A DNA stretch of 59,958 nt from a virus (taxonomy: Duplodnaviria; Caudoviricetes): IMG/VR virus record IMGVR_UViG_3300025131_000039, positions 1 to 59,958 of that record; one strand, 5' to 3'. This document shows, in pieces, positions 44,799 through 55,212 of this stretch. The translations under genes were made by a program, and so were the position numbers. Numbering within the stretch: the first letter of the stretch is position 1; the number at the start of each line of letters is the position of its first letter. The notes below the pieces were generated by a model. That model was not told where the DNA came from, searched no databases, and was given only the letters and a program-made list of their open reading frames with translations.

Positions 44799-47700
44799 TT
44801 AATTCCTCTGTTTAGATTGTTCATATATCTCAAATTTATTTGGTTCTTCACTAATTAAAGAAGAATTTCTATATCTATTATATATCTTCATTAACTGAGA
44901 CTGTGCCTCCCATATCGGTGGAGCTGAGTCTACTTGTAATAAACTTTCTTGCCACCATTTCTTTATTTGAGAACTTCTTGGCTTTGGTGGTATATATATA
45001 CCTGAATTTAATAAACTATTCCACATTTGTTTATCTATATCATACAATCCCTGTGCTGTTATAGATTTTTTTATAGCTGCATTATCAAGTCCTGCTCCTC
45101 TAGCTCTTTCAAATATATCATTTAAATCTTTTGCTTTAGAAAATTGTATTTCTAAAGCCTCTTCATAGGCTTTTACAAGATCATCAACTGTTGTTGGAGA
45201 TTTTTCTTGTATCATATTGGTAAATATTTTACCTGCATCTGCCATGTCCTTTTTTACATTAGCAATCTCATACCCCATTTTAATTTTTATATCATATTCT
45301 TCTGGTTTTATTCCACTTAATCCTATCCATTGATCTTGTGAATTAAATCTACTACCTGATTTTCCTCTTCTAATTGCAGAATAAGGATCAATACCTTGCT
45401 TTTCCAGTTCGTATGCTTCAAATTTAGTAACATCAGGTCGATCAGTATAAGATCTAACTAAATTTTTCACAGTACCTTCACCGCCCGGTGAGTATGCTCT
45501 CCACATTTCCTTCATAAATTGTACTGTATTATATCCAAGATTTTCAACACCTTCCTTATATATTTTTCTTCCATATTCATCATAACCCATCCATACTCTG
45601 CCTAATGCTTCTGCATACATAGAAGGACCAAACCAATTTGCTAATGTTCCAACTGTATTATCCCAAACTGCTTGACCTATTTTATAATCTACATCATCTC
45701 CACCTGTTTGTATAGCTTGTAGAGTTGCATTTATAGGTGTATGAAAATTAGCCCACGGAAAACCATAGCTAAGATTAATTCTTCTTCCTTTACCATTTTT
45801 AGGTGGAGTCAACCAATAATAATAATTTCCTTTAGCATAATCCTCATCAAAGGATTGAATATAATCGAAAGCATCTGAGGCTAAACCTGTAGCACCAGAT
45901 ATTACTTTATCAGCACTCCATGCAGATACAGCACCAGCAGAAGATTGAGCTATCATAGTACTTCCTAGTCTATAAAGTCCATTATTTGCTATATCTTCTC
46001 CAGCTAAAGTTCCATCAGGAAGTCGTACATTACGCTTCATTAATTCTCTTCCTTCACGAACTTCATCTTTAGCAGTTTTTAATATATTATATTGTGTTCT
46101 TGCTAGTTCACTGGTATAAGAAAAGAAATCAGCAAATGGTACAGTACGTAAATATTTTATAAACTGAGATACACTTGCATAGTTTTGCATATGTCTTAGT
46201 GTTTGATCAGCAGCCACTCTATCTAAATAAGTAAGAGCATACTCAACACCATCTGCACTTCTATTTTTTTCTACGACATGTAAAGAAGGATTATAAAATT
46301 TACCACCCTGTCTATTCCATTCATCTAATAACTTTCTTTCTTCACGATTTAATGCTTCTCCAGCCTCTTGTTTTATTTTAGCAACAGATGCTCTACCTAT
46401 TAAAACATTTCTATAGTTTTGTTTCTCATTTAAGAATCCAAAATATTTCCACATATCATCTAAACTTTGATAAACTTCTGCAACACCTAAATTAAGTTTC
46501 TTTGCTCTATTAGCTATACCTTTTTGAGATCGTTGTAAAGGACTTACCTGTGCAAATAAAGATCCACTAGCTGCATCAGCAAAGTTAGCTCTTATAGATG
46601 CTAAATGTACACCACTTTGATGTACGCCTAAAGCAATTAGTTTCTCTATTTCTCCTCGTATAGCAGGATCACTCCATCCAGCCATTTCTTTAAATACAGG
46701 TTTTAGTGCTTTAAGATATGTAGGTCTAAAATATCCAGCACCAAATGCCATCATACCAGCACTTAAAAAGTTACGTGGATATGCAGTTAAACTGTATAAT
46801 ACTTTAGCACCTCTTGTTAAACCTTGTTGATAAAGGTATCCTCTAATTACTTTTCCACCAATATAATTTCCACGAGCTTTTCCAGCCGCTGCTGTCTGAT
46901 GAAGAATTTCATTCCCATTTAAAATTGCATCAGCTACTGTGGATCGTCCATATAGTCCTGACAATGGACGTTGTAATCCTTCTGTTGCTGCTCCAAATCC
47001 TTCCTCATATGGAACATCTATACCAGTACGTTCTGGAAATCGTGATTTAAGTTCTGTAGTTTCTCCTCGTGCTACACTACGTATTGGACCTGCTCCCGGT
47101 ATAAATCCACCTTTAACAAGTTCACTCATTTCTTTTTCATATCTATATGTATTAATAGTAGAATTAAGTTTAAGGAATGAGTTTTCATAATTAGTAAATG
47201 GATCTTCATACTCACCCATAAGTTTTCTAATGGGAGCAGGAATTGCTTTTCTTTTATCCAAAATTTTAATTGGATTCTTACCTATTTTTAAACCATCGGA
47301 AGATCCAAATAGCTTGAACATTTCATCTTCACCATGAATGTTCATTATATCATCCATAAGTTTTGTAACATAACCAGTATCTGGATCAAAATAAGATTGA
47401 TGGAGTGCTATATCTTTAGGATCAACTCCTGCTTGTGCAGCCGATTTATAATTATAATTAGATATACCACTTGCATCTGTAGTAATATGATTATTCATCT
47501 TATTATCTATATCTGCAAGTTTTTTATTAGTTTGAAATACTCTATTTTTTAAAAAGGTTCTAGCACCTACATATATATCTGGTGTAGAGTATGCAATCTC
47601 TTTCCATGCTGGATCATTAAATATTTTATACTGTCTATTTATCCATAGCTCAGTAGTCTTACCATCCATTGATTTTTCTATTTTTCCATAGAGAGGATTC

Positions 47701-49433
47701 GGTATTTGTTTTCCTTTTTTATATGTATCTTTTTTTATAGCTCCTGTTCCTAAAAGAACCTTCTGATAATATTGTATATCTTTCCTCATCTCCTTTAATA
47801 CTTTTAAAGTTTGAGGTTTATCTTTATACTTATTACTAAGTTTACTAACTGTTAAAGCATTACCTCTCAATATATTATTAAGATCTCTTAGTGTATTATC
47901 AGCAAGATTTGCTGCTGTTTTTCTATCTATTAACTTTTGCTTTAATGATGTTCCAAAAAATTCTTTTTGTACAGCTTTATCTAATTGCTTAACTCTTTGT
48001 CCAGCTACTCTTTTAGCTCTTGCTTCACCAGCATCTTTTCTTCTTAGAAGAACTCCAGCTTCTCTAGGTAAACCAGCATCAGAAGATACTTTCTTTTTCA
48101 ACCACCCTACTGTAAGTTCTCCTCTGGCTAACTCCGATCCATATCTTGGTGCAGACTGTGGACCTATATTAAATTCATTAAATTTTCTTCCTATAAATTT
48201 TTTATTCTTACTACCCTTAACAGCTACTAATTCAATACCTAAAGATTTAAAAATATTTTTAATTTCTTCTATACTTGCTCGACTCTGAATATCTTTTGAA
48301 GCACCTCTTCTATTCTTTAGCTTTTCTGTAAGTGCTCTTACTCCTTTTATATCTAAAGTAATCCGTCCACCTTTTATAAGTTTTCTTTGAGTATCAAAAG
48401 CTAATTGTTGTATATTACCTATATCCATTTCAGAACGAACAGTACCTGTAGTTCTATTTACAGGTTTAATAGTAGCTCTTTCCAATGCTGTTAGTTTCTC
48501 ATTATTCTGTCTAACTCTACGCTTTCTAAATAATTTTTCAGAAGCTCTCCCACCATATTTTGATAATAATGATGTAGATAAAGCTCCTTCCAAAGCAGCA
48601 GTAAGAGTTTGAACAGGATCATACTCTTTTACTTCACCTGTTTCTGGATCAATAAACTCCATATTTATATCGAATGTTTGTTGAGCTAAGTCATAAGCTC
48701 CCATATATGCAGCACCGGGAAGTAATGCAGTTTTTCCTCTCTGACTAGCTACAGTTTTAGCTGCTTTACTTCTAGCTTTTGATAATATAGATGCAGTTAT
48801 AGTTTTATGTACTACTCCTTTTTCAGCAAATTGTGTTGCAACCTTTGTTGTAACACCTCTGTCTACTAAATTTTTTATTAATTGCTTTTTAAAGGAACCT
48901 CGTGCAGCCATAGCAGCAGCTCTACCACCAATTTTAGCAGCAGCAAAACCAAAACCAAAACTAGGTAGACCTATTGCTATGGCTACTGGATCAGTAGCCA
49001 TTTGTCTTAAAGAATTCCAAGCTGATCTTAAATCAGGATCAGCCTCGTCATATAAGTTTAAAGAGGTTACCCATGCGTTCTGTACTTCAGGAGTAAAGTT
49101 CTTTACATCTAATGCAGTAGATCCTAAATTATATAGATCCCATGAAAGTTTAGCTTGTCTATTTTTTAACCAATTAGATAATTTTTTATCTGATCCTTTA
49201 AAATTTTCTCCCTCTTCATATTTATAAATAGATTTAGCTGAAGATAACCATTCAGGATTAGTATTTAATGACTCCATAGTTCTTATTGAAGTAGCCGCAG
49301 GAACTTCTTCACCACTTCTAGGATCAGTAGTGGTTTGCTCTCTTATAGGTCTTGGATCTACTTTTGATCCTAGATCTGTATCAGAAGACTTCTTAGAAGC
49401 CTCATACTGCTCAAATTTATTTAGTTCAGCCAT
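44799..49433 (-). CDS. Large internal virion (DNA ejection-type) protein
   Basis: 1544 aa helical, last of three large ORFs after tail genes, as in podovirus ejectosomes. Confidence 0.6.
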   Translation of the reverse strand: MAELNKFEQYEASKKSSDTDLGSKVDPRPIREQTTTDPRSGEEVPAATSIRTMESLNTNPEWLSSAKSIYKYEEGENFKGSDKKLSNWLKNRQAKLSWDLYNLGSTALDVKNFTPEVQNAWVTSLNLYDEADPDLRSAWNSLRQMATDPVAIAIGLPSFGFGFAAAKIGGRAAAMAARGSFKKQLIKNLVDRGVTTKVATQFAEKGVVHKTITASILSKARSKAAKTVASQRGKTALLPGAAYMGAYDLAQQTFDINMEFIDPETGEVKEYDPVQTLTAALEGALSTSLLSKYGGRASEKLFRKRRVRQNNEKLTALERATIKPVNRTTGTVRSEMDIGNIQQLAFDTQRKLIKGGRITLDIKGVRALTEKLKNRRGASKDIQSRASIEEIKNIFKSLGIELVAVKGSKNKKFIGRKFNEFNIGPQSAPRYGSELARGELTVGWLKKKVSSDAGLPREAGVLLRRKDAGEARAKRVAGQRVKQLDKAVQKEFFGTSLKQKLIDRKTAANLADNTLRDLNNILRGNALTVSKLSNKYKDKPQTLKVLKEMRKDIQYYQKVLLGTGAIKKDTYKKGKQIPNPLYGKIEKSMDGKTTELWINRQYKIFNDPAWKEIAYSTPDIYVGARTFLKNRVFQTNKKLADIDNKMNNHITTDASGISNYNYKSAAQAGVDPKDIALHQSYFDPDTGYVTKLMDDIMNIHGEDEMFKLFGSSDGLKIGKNPIKILDKRKAIPAPIRKLMGEYEDPFTNYENSFLKLNSTINTYRYEKEMSELVKGGFIPGAGPIRSVARGETTELKSRFPERTGIDVPYEEGFGAATEGLQRPLSGLYGRSTVADAILNGNEILHQTAAAGKARGNYIGGKVIRGYLYQQGLTRGAKVLYSLTAYPRNFLSAGMMAFGAGYFRPTYLKALKPVFKEMAGWSDPAIRGEIEKLIALGVHQSGVHLASIRANFADAASGSLFAQVSPLQRSQKGIANRAKKLNLGVAEVYQSLDDMWKYFGFLNEKQNYRNVLIGRASVAKIKQEAGEALNREERKLLDEWNRQGGKFYNPSLHVVEKNRSADGVEYALTYLDRVAADQTLRHMQNYASVSQFIKYLRTVPFADFFSYTSELARTQYNILKTAKDEVREGRELMKRNVRLPDGTLAGEDIANNGLYRLGSTMIAQSSAGAVSAWSADKVISGATGLASDAFDYIQSFDEDYAKGNYYYWLTPPKNGKGRRINLSYGFPWANFHTPINATLQAIQTGGDDVDYKIGQAVWDNTVGTLANWFGPSMYAEALGRVWMGYDEYGRKIYKEGVENLGYNTVQFMKEMWRAYSPGGEGTVKNLVRSYTDRPDVTKFEAYELEKQGIDPYSAIRRGKSGSRFNSQDQWIGLSGIKPEEYDIKIKMGYEIANVKKDMADAGKIFTNMIQEKSPTTVDDLVKAYEEALEIQFSKAKDLNDIFERARGAGLDNAAIKKSITAQGLYDIDKQMWNSLLNSGIYIPPKPRSSQIKKWWQESLLQVDSAPPIWEAQSQLMKIYNRYRNSSLISEEPNKFEIYEQSKQRN

Positions 49434-49438
49434 TTTAA

Positions 49439-51979
49439 TTAATTTGTTTTTGAATATTTTTCATTTAACTCTTCAATCGACATACTTATAAGTTCATCAA
49501 TCTGTTCTCTTGTCCCACCATACTGCTTTATAAAAGCTGCTATTGATGCCTCATCAGGTTCACTTCGTAATAGATCTATTGCTCCTCTATCTGCACTTAT
49601 AGTACCTTCTCCTAAATGTGTTCTTATATCTTGAGAAACAGCATTGAGTCCTGCTTGAATACCACCAACATCTGGCCCACTAAGTCGCATTGCTTCAAGA
49701 CCTTTCTCCACAGCATTAAGTATTTTCAGCCTTACAACAGGAGGTACATCATCACCTAACACAACATCACCATTAGGTAATACTTGATAATCAACCTTAA
49801 ATCCATCATAAATTAGATTTTTAAGTGAATTAACATCTGATGAAGAAGCTCCCTCTCCTAGTGCTGCTAATTCTGCTACTCTTATATCAGCTTGTACTCC
49901 ATATAAATCTGTAGAAAGATCAAACAGAGTTCCTGCTGCTGCCTGTTCTTCAGCTCGATATGCTCTCTCTTGTTCTAGTGCTTCTTTTGATATACCTGCT
50001 TTTGTTTCCAATGCAGCTAGATCAGATTGTTCAATTTGATCAAGAAGATCTAATTCTTTTCCATAAAAATCTTCCTGAGTTTGTAAAATTGAAGGAAGTG
50101 TTTGCTCACCAGCAGATACAGTCGCACCTAACAGTCCTCGTAAACCTCCTTGTTGAGCACCACCAGATACATCTGTACCTAGCCGTGATAAGAACTTAGC
50201 CAAGTTTCCAAACTGTGCTTGTCTTTCTCTATCAGCTAGTCCTGCCAGTCTATCTTCTAATTTTCCACTTCTTCCCTTAACTCCTTCTAAATATGCTTCT
50301 TGAGCTGCTGCATATTCAGTACGTAGTGGATCATCTCTACCTATTCTTCCTTCCTCAACTAACTTTCTAAGTCTTTCATATTCTTCAAATGGATATGGTA
50401 CTCTTCCACTTCTTTCAACTGGATTCTGACTACCACCATGTCCTTGTGTAAGCCAATCATCAGGATTATTTAAACTTGATGTAGATGCATTTTTACTAAC
50501 AGATAATAATCCACCTTCAGCATACTGACCACCTTGTGTACCGGGATTAAACTCAGCATAGGCTTTCTTGGCAGTACCACCTAGTCCTTTTAATTTTTCT
50601 AAGAATTTAGGATTATTTCTTAATATCATATTAATTAAACCCTTTCCCTGTCCTGATGTAGCAGGTCCACCTTGTGGTTGTGCAGTCTTAGTAGCACTTA
50701 CCCTACTACCACCAAATCTATTTACAACACCACCACTACCTACAGGTTCAGACAATCCACGTATAGCTGCTCCTCTTTGTCGTAGCATCTCCAATGAATC
50801 TAATTCATTAGGTTGCTGTTGATCCATCATTGGCTGACCACCACCTTGCAATCCTACCAGACCACCTTCTTTCTTGAAGCCGCCAAAGGCTCCATACAAT
50901 CCAGCAGCCGTACCTAACCCACCTACTAGTGTCTGTGCCAAGGATGGAGTTGCAAGTGTATCTATTGTAGTTCTTTGTTGAGATGCATCCAATGGAAAAC
51001 CTCGTATTAGTGAAGCATATCGTTGCAAGGATCTTTGAGGGAATGCCTGTTCTTCCAAGAACTCACGCCTTGCCAGATCAAGAGCTTGCTGTTCTCTCTG
51101 CTGTTGTATCTCTCCAATACCTGCCAGACCAGATAGATCTGATCTTGCACGAGTACCTGTTATATCTCCCAATGCTGCAAACTGTCTACCACCTGTCATC
51201 TCTCTTTGTCGTTGTTGTTCAGCAGCTAACTGTGCATTCTGAAATGCTGTAGATAATCCTTGTGCCTGTATGTCACCAAGTCTTTGTCCAAGATTTCTTT
51301 CAGCTTCTGCTTCCAATATAGCCTGTCTGGAACCACCAAAGGAACCAGCACCTACAGCCTGTGCTGCCCTACCTTGACTAGCTAGATCTTCATCTCTTAC
51401 AGCTTCTCTCTTGGCTATATCTACCACATTCTGCAAGAATGGGTCCATCCTACGTTGTATATCTTCTGTACCTATCTCTGCTGTACCTAATGCAGTAGCA
51501 GATAAAGCTGGTTGATAGTATGTACTGGCTTGAGCAAGAGGTGTACCAGCTAATCCTGTAAACTGCCTTCTACCTAATTCCTGTGCAGCTAATTGTTCAG
51601 GTCCAAACTCAGCTATCTGTGGACCGGGGAATGGTTGGAATCCTTCTGCCTGTTCTCTCTCAAACTCTGCCTGTCCTTGTGTAAGTGCATCACTAACAAA
51701 TGGTCTTAGTTCTTTTGGAAAGGATGCTTCCTGTTTAACTTGCTGTTGAGGGGGAGGAGGAGGTTGACCACCACCACCGAACTGTCTAAGTCCAGTAATC
51801 TCATTAATTGTTCCTGACCCACCAATAGACTTTAACAGACGAGCTTCAAATGTATTTACATGAGCTAGTTCTGTATCTCCTTCCGTACCATAACCTGCAA
51901 GTTCACCGTACAAATTGTTGAACAGCTCCACCTTCTCAGGCATTGACAGGGTTGATGTATATTTTCTAATGTCAGTCAT
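49439..51979 (-). CDS. Internal virion / ejection protein
   Basis: MDPF.QNVVD, AG.FGGSRQA..E motifs; Q/G/A-rich. Confidence 0.6.
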   Translation of the reverse strand: MTDIRKYTSTLSMPEKVELFNNLYGELAGYGTEGDTELAHVNTFEARLLKSIGGSGTINEITGLRQFGGGGQPPPPPQQQVKQEASFPKELRPFVSDALTQGQAEFEREQAEGFQPFPGPQIAEFGPEQLAAQELGRRQFTGLAGTPLAQASTYYQPALSATALGTAEIGTEDIQRRMDPFLQNVVDIAKREAVRDEDLASQGRAAQAVGAGSFGGSRQAILEAEAERNLGQRLGDIQAQGLSTAFQNAQLAAEQQRQREMTGGRQFAALGDITGTRARSDLSGLAGIGEIQQQREQQALDLARREFLEEQAFPQRSLQRYASLIRGFPLDASQQRTTIDTLATPSLAQTLVGGLGTAAGLYGAFGGFKKEGGLVGLQGGGQPMMDQQQPNELDSLEMLRQRGAAIRGLSEPVGSGGVVNRFGGSRVSATKTAQPQGGPATSGQGKGLINMILRNNPKFLEKLKGLGGTAKKAYAEFNPGTQGGQYAEGGLLSVSKNASTSSLNNPDDWLTQGHGGSQNPVERSGRVPYPFEEYERLRKLVEEGRIGRDDPLRTEYAAAQEAYLEGVKGRSGKLEDRLAGLADRERQAQFGNLAKFLSRLGTDVSGGAQQGGLRGLLGATVSAGEQTLPSILQTQEDFYGKELDLLDQIEQSDLAALETKAGISKEALEQERAYRAEEQAAAGTLFDLSTDLYGVQADIRVAELAALGEGASSSDVNSLKNLIYDGFKVDYQVLPNGDVVLGDDVPPVVRLKILNAVEKGLEAMRLSGPDVGGIQAGLNAVSQDIRTHLGEGTISADRGAIDLLRSEPDEASIAAFIKQYGGTREQIDELISMSIEELNEKYSKTN

Positions 51980-52406
51980 CTTTCATATCCTTTACTAAGA
52001 CAGTGTAGTATTTCTTATATCCCTTATCTTTTAACAATCTAATCCATCCATCACGTTGTGCTACAATTTCAACATAATCTATATTCTGTTTCTTGCAAAA
52101 ATCTTCTGTAGCTTTGTACCAATCATCTATCCATAAGTCCATTGTATTATTATTTGTAGCAGCTAGTTCCATTCTTAAATGATTATTTCTGGAATAATGA
52201 ATTATCTGTGTGGCACATGCTCCTATAATCTTATTCTGTTCCTTGTCCAGTATTACCCATAACTGGTATGTCTTACTCTTTATCCAACTCTTTATATCTT
52301 CTAACGTATTCTCTCCTAAAGATTTCTCAAGTGGCTTACTTAATAGTTCCCCAACATCAGGCCATATAAGATCAACATGCTTTGGTTCAACTTGATATAT
52401 AATCAT
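51972..52406 (-). CDS. GNAT-like-fold virion morphogenesis protein
   Basis: W..V...L, QLW, GA..T.I..Y, R.GW.R.L; position among ejection genes. Confidence 0.5.
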   Translation of the reverse strand: MIIYQVEPKHVDLIWPDVGELLSKPLEKSLGENTLEDIKSWIKSKTYQLWVILDKEQNKIIGACATQIIHYSRNNHLRMELAATNNNTMDLWIDDWYKATEDFCKKQNIDYVEIVAQRDGWIRLLKDKGYKKYYTVLVKDMKDD

Positions 52407-54695
52407 CTATACTAAACTTGAGAGTTCCCTTCCTGCATCCAGTTGAGTCTGCTGCTTATTTGTACCATGTGCTTTCTTACGAAGCAACTGATTAAATTGA
52501 TCCAGCATCTTGGAACCAGCAGTACTACTACCATTACCTAGCATAGATACTACATCGGCTGGCATTACATATTCATCTGAACTTAGGAGAGCCATGTCAG
52601 GAGTATTAGGTACATCTGCTGGAGTTTGAGGTACTACTCCAAATGCTACATCGTCATCCATACCATCTCCCTGACCCATTACTCTTCCTTCAAAGACAGG
52701 AGTATTACCACCTGTAGCTAGTCCTACAATTCCACCAGTAGCTGCTTCCTGTAGTTGAGGTAGATTAGCAGCTCTATTCAATAGATCTTCTAAAGCAGCA
52801 TCACCCTGTTCTTGGAATGCTGTAGCAGTAGCTTGAGGTACGCCAGCAGTAGCTTGAGGTACGCCAAAAGTTTGAGGTACACCAGCAGTAGATTGATCTA
52901 ATAGACTTTGAAAGAGTGCAGCATCTTCTATAGTACTAGGAGAACTTCCACCTATTCTTGCTAGAGTTTCTTGAGCATTGAATGGATTAATAGTAAATTC
53001 TCTAGCTTGTATAGCTTCCTCTACAGGAGGAGGAGGAGGTTTTACAGGATCATTTCTTCCTCTACCTCGACTATTCGTTATAGCTGGATGTTCTGCATAT
53101 CCACCGGGATATCCACCATATGATCCACCATAACCACCTGCTGTACTACCTGTTGCTCCTGTTGTACCACCACCTCCGCTAGAAGCACCTAATCCTGATT
53201 TTCCTTTAATTACTTTAATTCCATTAGGAAGTATTTCTCCTCCACTAAATAAACCTACAATACCACCTTGCTTGGCTACATTAACATCCTGCTCTGTGAA
53301 CCAGCTTTGTGGTTGCCCTGCTGTGGGAGAGCTACTTAGATACTGTGCTAGTATCTCATCTCTATTACGTCCTACAGGAGTACGTATAGGTAGAGGTGGC
53401 TTTTTCTCAAATTCAAATATTTCTTCTTGTTCTTCCAATGGTTCAGGATATTGTGGTTGTAACATGGAGTATCCTAACAATCCCCCACCACCTATGATAC
53501 CAGCTTTAGTTAAATCACCTTGCCTATCCCACCAATCACTTAATTTACCTAATCCTGTTTTTTCTGTTTGATCTGATGTTGAAGCACTCCCATCTGTTGA
53601 AGTATTCCCACTTAAATATTGTTGTTCTACATCTGAAATACTATCTGTTAGTCCACCATAAACATAATTATCAGGTGATCTTTCATAATTACCTTGCCAA
53701 TTTTGTTCAATACTTGAAAGATCAGGCTGTGCTGCATTAGCTCTACCAAGAGCATCCATTGTTACTCTATTATTATACATATTATGTGGTTGCACAACAG
53801 GTGCTACATCAGCCCTACCAAGAGCATCCATTGTTACATTACTTGTAGGTATAGATGGAGTAGTTACAGGAACAGGACCACTAAGTAGATTTTTTGTTCC
53901 AGCATAGTTAACTGGTGCTTGTGCTACTGGAGTGTAGCTTGGTTGTACTACATCTACTTTAGGAGCTGGTGGTGCCCAAGGTGGTTGGAATGTATCTACA
54001 GCCGGGTCAATTGCAGCAACAGTAGGTATTGAGTCTCCTCCTCCAAAGTCTGGCAATAGATTTTGACCTTCTGGAGCAGTTACAGCACCACCAAGACCAC
54101 CCATAGCAGCACCCATAAGTATATCACGCATTGGATTATCACTATCGCCAAAGAGAGAACGAACACCACCCATTGCTCCACCAATAAGCATCCCTTGTCC
54201 TATGGCACCTAGACCACCCCATGCTGTACCTAATGCTGAAGTACCTAATGCTCCACCTATAGCTGGACCTGCAACTCCACCTAAAGCTCCAAAGGCAGCA
54301 CCCTTTAAAGGATCACCACCTGTAACAGCCGAACCTATACCACCTATGGCAGCACCAGTTAAGGCTGGCACTATGAAAGGAGCTAAAGCAGGTAAGAATG
54401 CTTCTGGTAAACCAGTTTCAGGATTAGTTGTAAGAGGAGCAATAGATGCTAATCCTTGTACTTCTTCTGGGTTAACATGTATTAATGTTGTATCTCCATA
54501 CCTACCTTTAGATGCTACCTCTTCTACACTATTATGTAATCCCATATCTCCACCGCCTTCTCTACGTACAGGCTTACGAGCAGGTCCACGTTTCAAGAGT
54601 TGCATAGCATTGTACCTATCCATAGCATTAGGCACTTCAGCTTCTGTCCCTATCATATCTTGTAGTTGTTCCAGTTGTTTTACATTATATGCCAT
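52407..54695 (-). CDS. Internal virion protein
   Basis: GRYGDT.L.HV.P.E..NPETGLPEAF; Gly-rich hydrophobic segments; G.GDG.DD...LSSDEYV.PADVV. Confidence 0.6.
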   Translation of the reverse strand: MAYNVKQLEQLQDMIGTEAEVPNAMDRYNAMQLLKRGPARKPVRREGGGDMGLHNSVEEVASKGRYGDTTLIHVNPEEVQGLASIAPLTTNPETGLPEAFLPALAPFIVPALTGAAIGGIGSAVTGGDPLKGAAFGALGGVAGPAIGGALGTSALGTAWGGLGAIGQGMLIGGAMGGVRSLFGDSDNPMRDILMGAAMGGLGGAVTAPEGQNLLPDFGGGDSIPTVAAIDPAVDTFQPPWAPPAPKVDVVQPSYTPVAQAPVNYAGTKNLLSGPVPVTTPSIPTSNVTMDALGRADVAPVVQPHNMYNNRVTMDALGRANAAQPDLSSIEQNWQGNYERSPDNYVYGGLTDSISDVEQQYLSGNTSTDGSASTSDQTEKTGLGKLSDWWDRQGDLTKAGIIGGGGLLGYSMLQPQYPEPLEEQEEIFEFEKKPPLPIRTPVGRNRDEILAQYLSSSPTAGQPQSWFTEQDVNVAKQGGIVGLFSGGEILPNGIKVIKGKSGLGASSGGGGTTGATGSTAGGYGGSYGGYPGGYAEHPAITNSRGRGRNDPVKPPPPPVEEAIQAREFTINPFNAQETLARIGGSSPSTIEDAALFQSLLDQSTAGVPQTFGVPQATAGVPQATATAFQEQGDAALEDLLNRAANLPQLQEAATGGIVGLATGGNTPVFEGRVMGQGDGMDDDVAFGVVPQTPADVPNTPDMALLSSDEYVMPADVVSMLGNGSSTAGSKMLDQFNQLLRKKAHGTNKQQTQLDAGRELSSLV

Positions 54696-54946
54696 TACTT
54701 CATTCTCCGTGGATTAGCGTAGTTCGATTGTGGTAATGTATTATTAGCAATAAAAGTACTCTGTTGATTTGGATGGTAGTACATAGGATTATCAAGATTA
54801 GTCATTGGCTTAACTAGAGTCTGTACCGTAGCAGACTTCAAGTAAATAGGCGTACCAAATACTCCCTTATTCATATTGGAAATAAAGCTACCATCTACGA
54901 TATACTGTTTATATTCATCTCTAGTCATTAGTTTAAATCCTGCCAT
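54695..54946 (-). CDS. Hypothetical protein
   Basis: Coupled ORF in tail operon. Confidence 0.45.
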   Translation of the reverse strand: MAGFKLMTRDEYKQYIVDGSFISNMNKGVFGTPIYLKSATVQTLVKPMTNLDNPMYYHPNQQSTFIANNTLPQSNYANPRRMK

Positions 54947-55212
54947 GCTTGTGTTCCTGCTGTACTAACGTATCCTTTAAACTTACCACTACTAACTGAG
55001 TAAGCTATATCACCTTTATCTGGCCTCTTAATACTACCCACCGTTACTACTGCATAAATATTAGTAGATGGTTTAGCTTCTTCTATTTGATCTCGTGTAT
55101 CCAGTTCGTTAACAAGTGCAGCACCCCATTGCTGAAATCTATTGTAAACATGTTCTACTCCCCTCTGAACATCATCAGGAAATATTAATGGAAACTCTGG
55201 ATACCTAGCCAT
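54928..55212 (-). CDS. Small tail-associated protein
   Basis: GDIAY....KFKGY....W.DL motif. Confidence 0.55.
   Translation of the reverse strand: MARYPEFPLIFPDDVQRGVEHVYNRFQQWGAALVNELDTRDQIEEAKPSTNIYAVVTVGSIKRPDKGDIAYSVSSGKFKGYVSTAGTQAWQDLN

Noticed and set aside
52820-52892. 21-bp tandem repeat
   Set aside because: Encodes low-complexity TAGVPQA linker; no independent function evident
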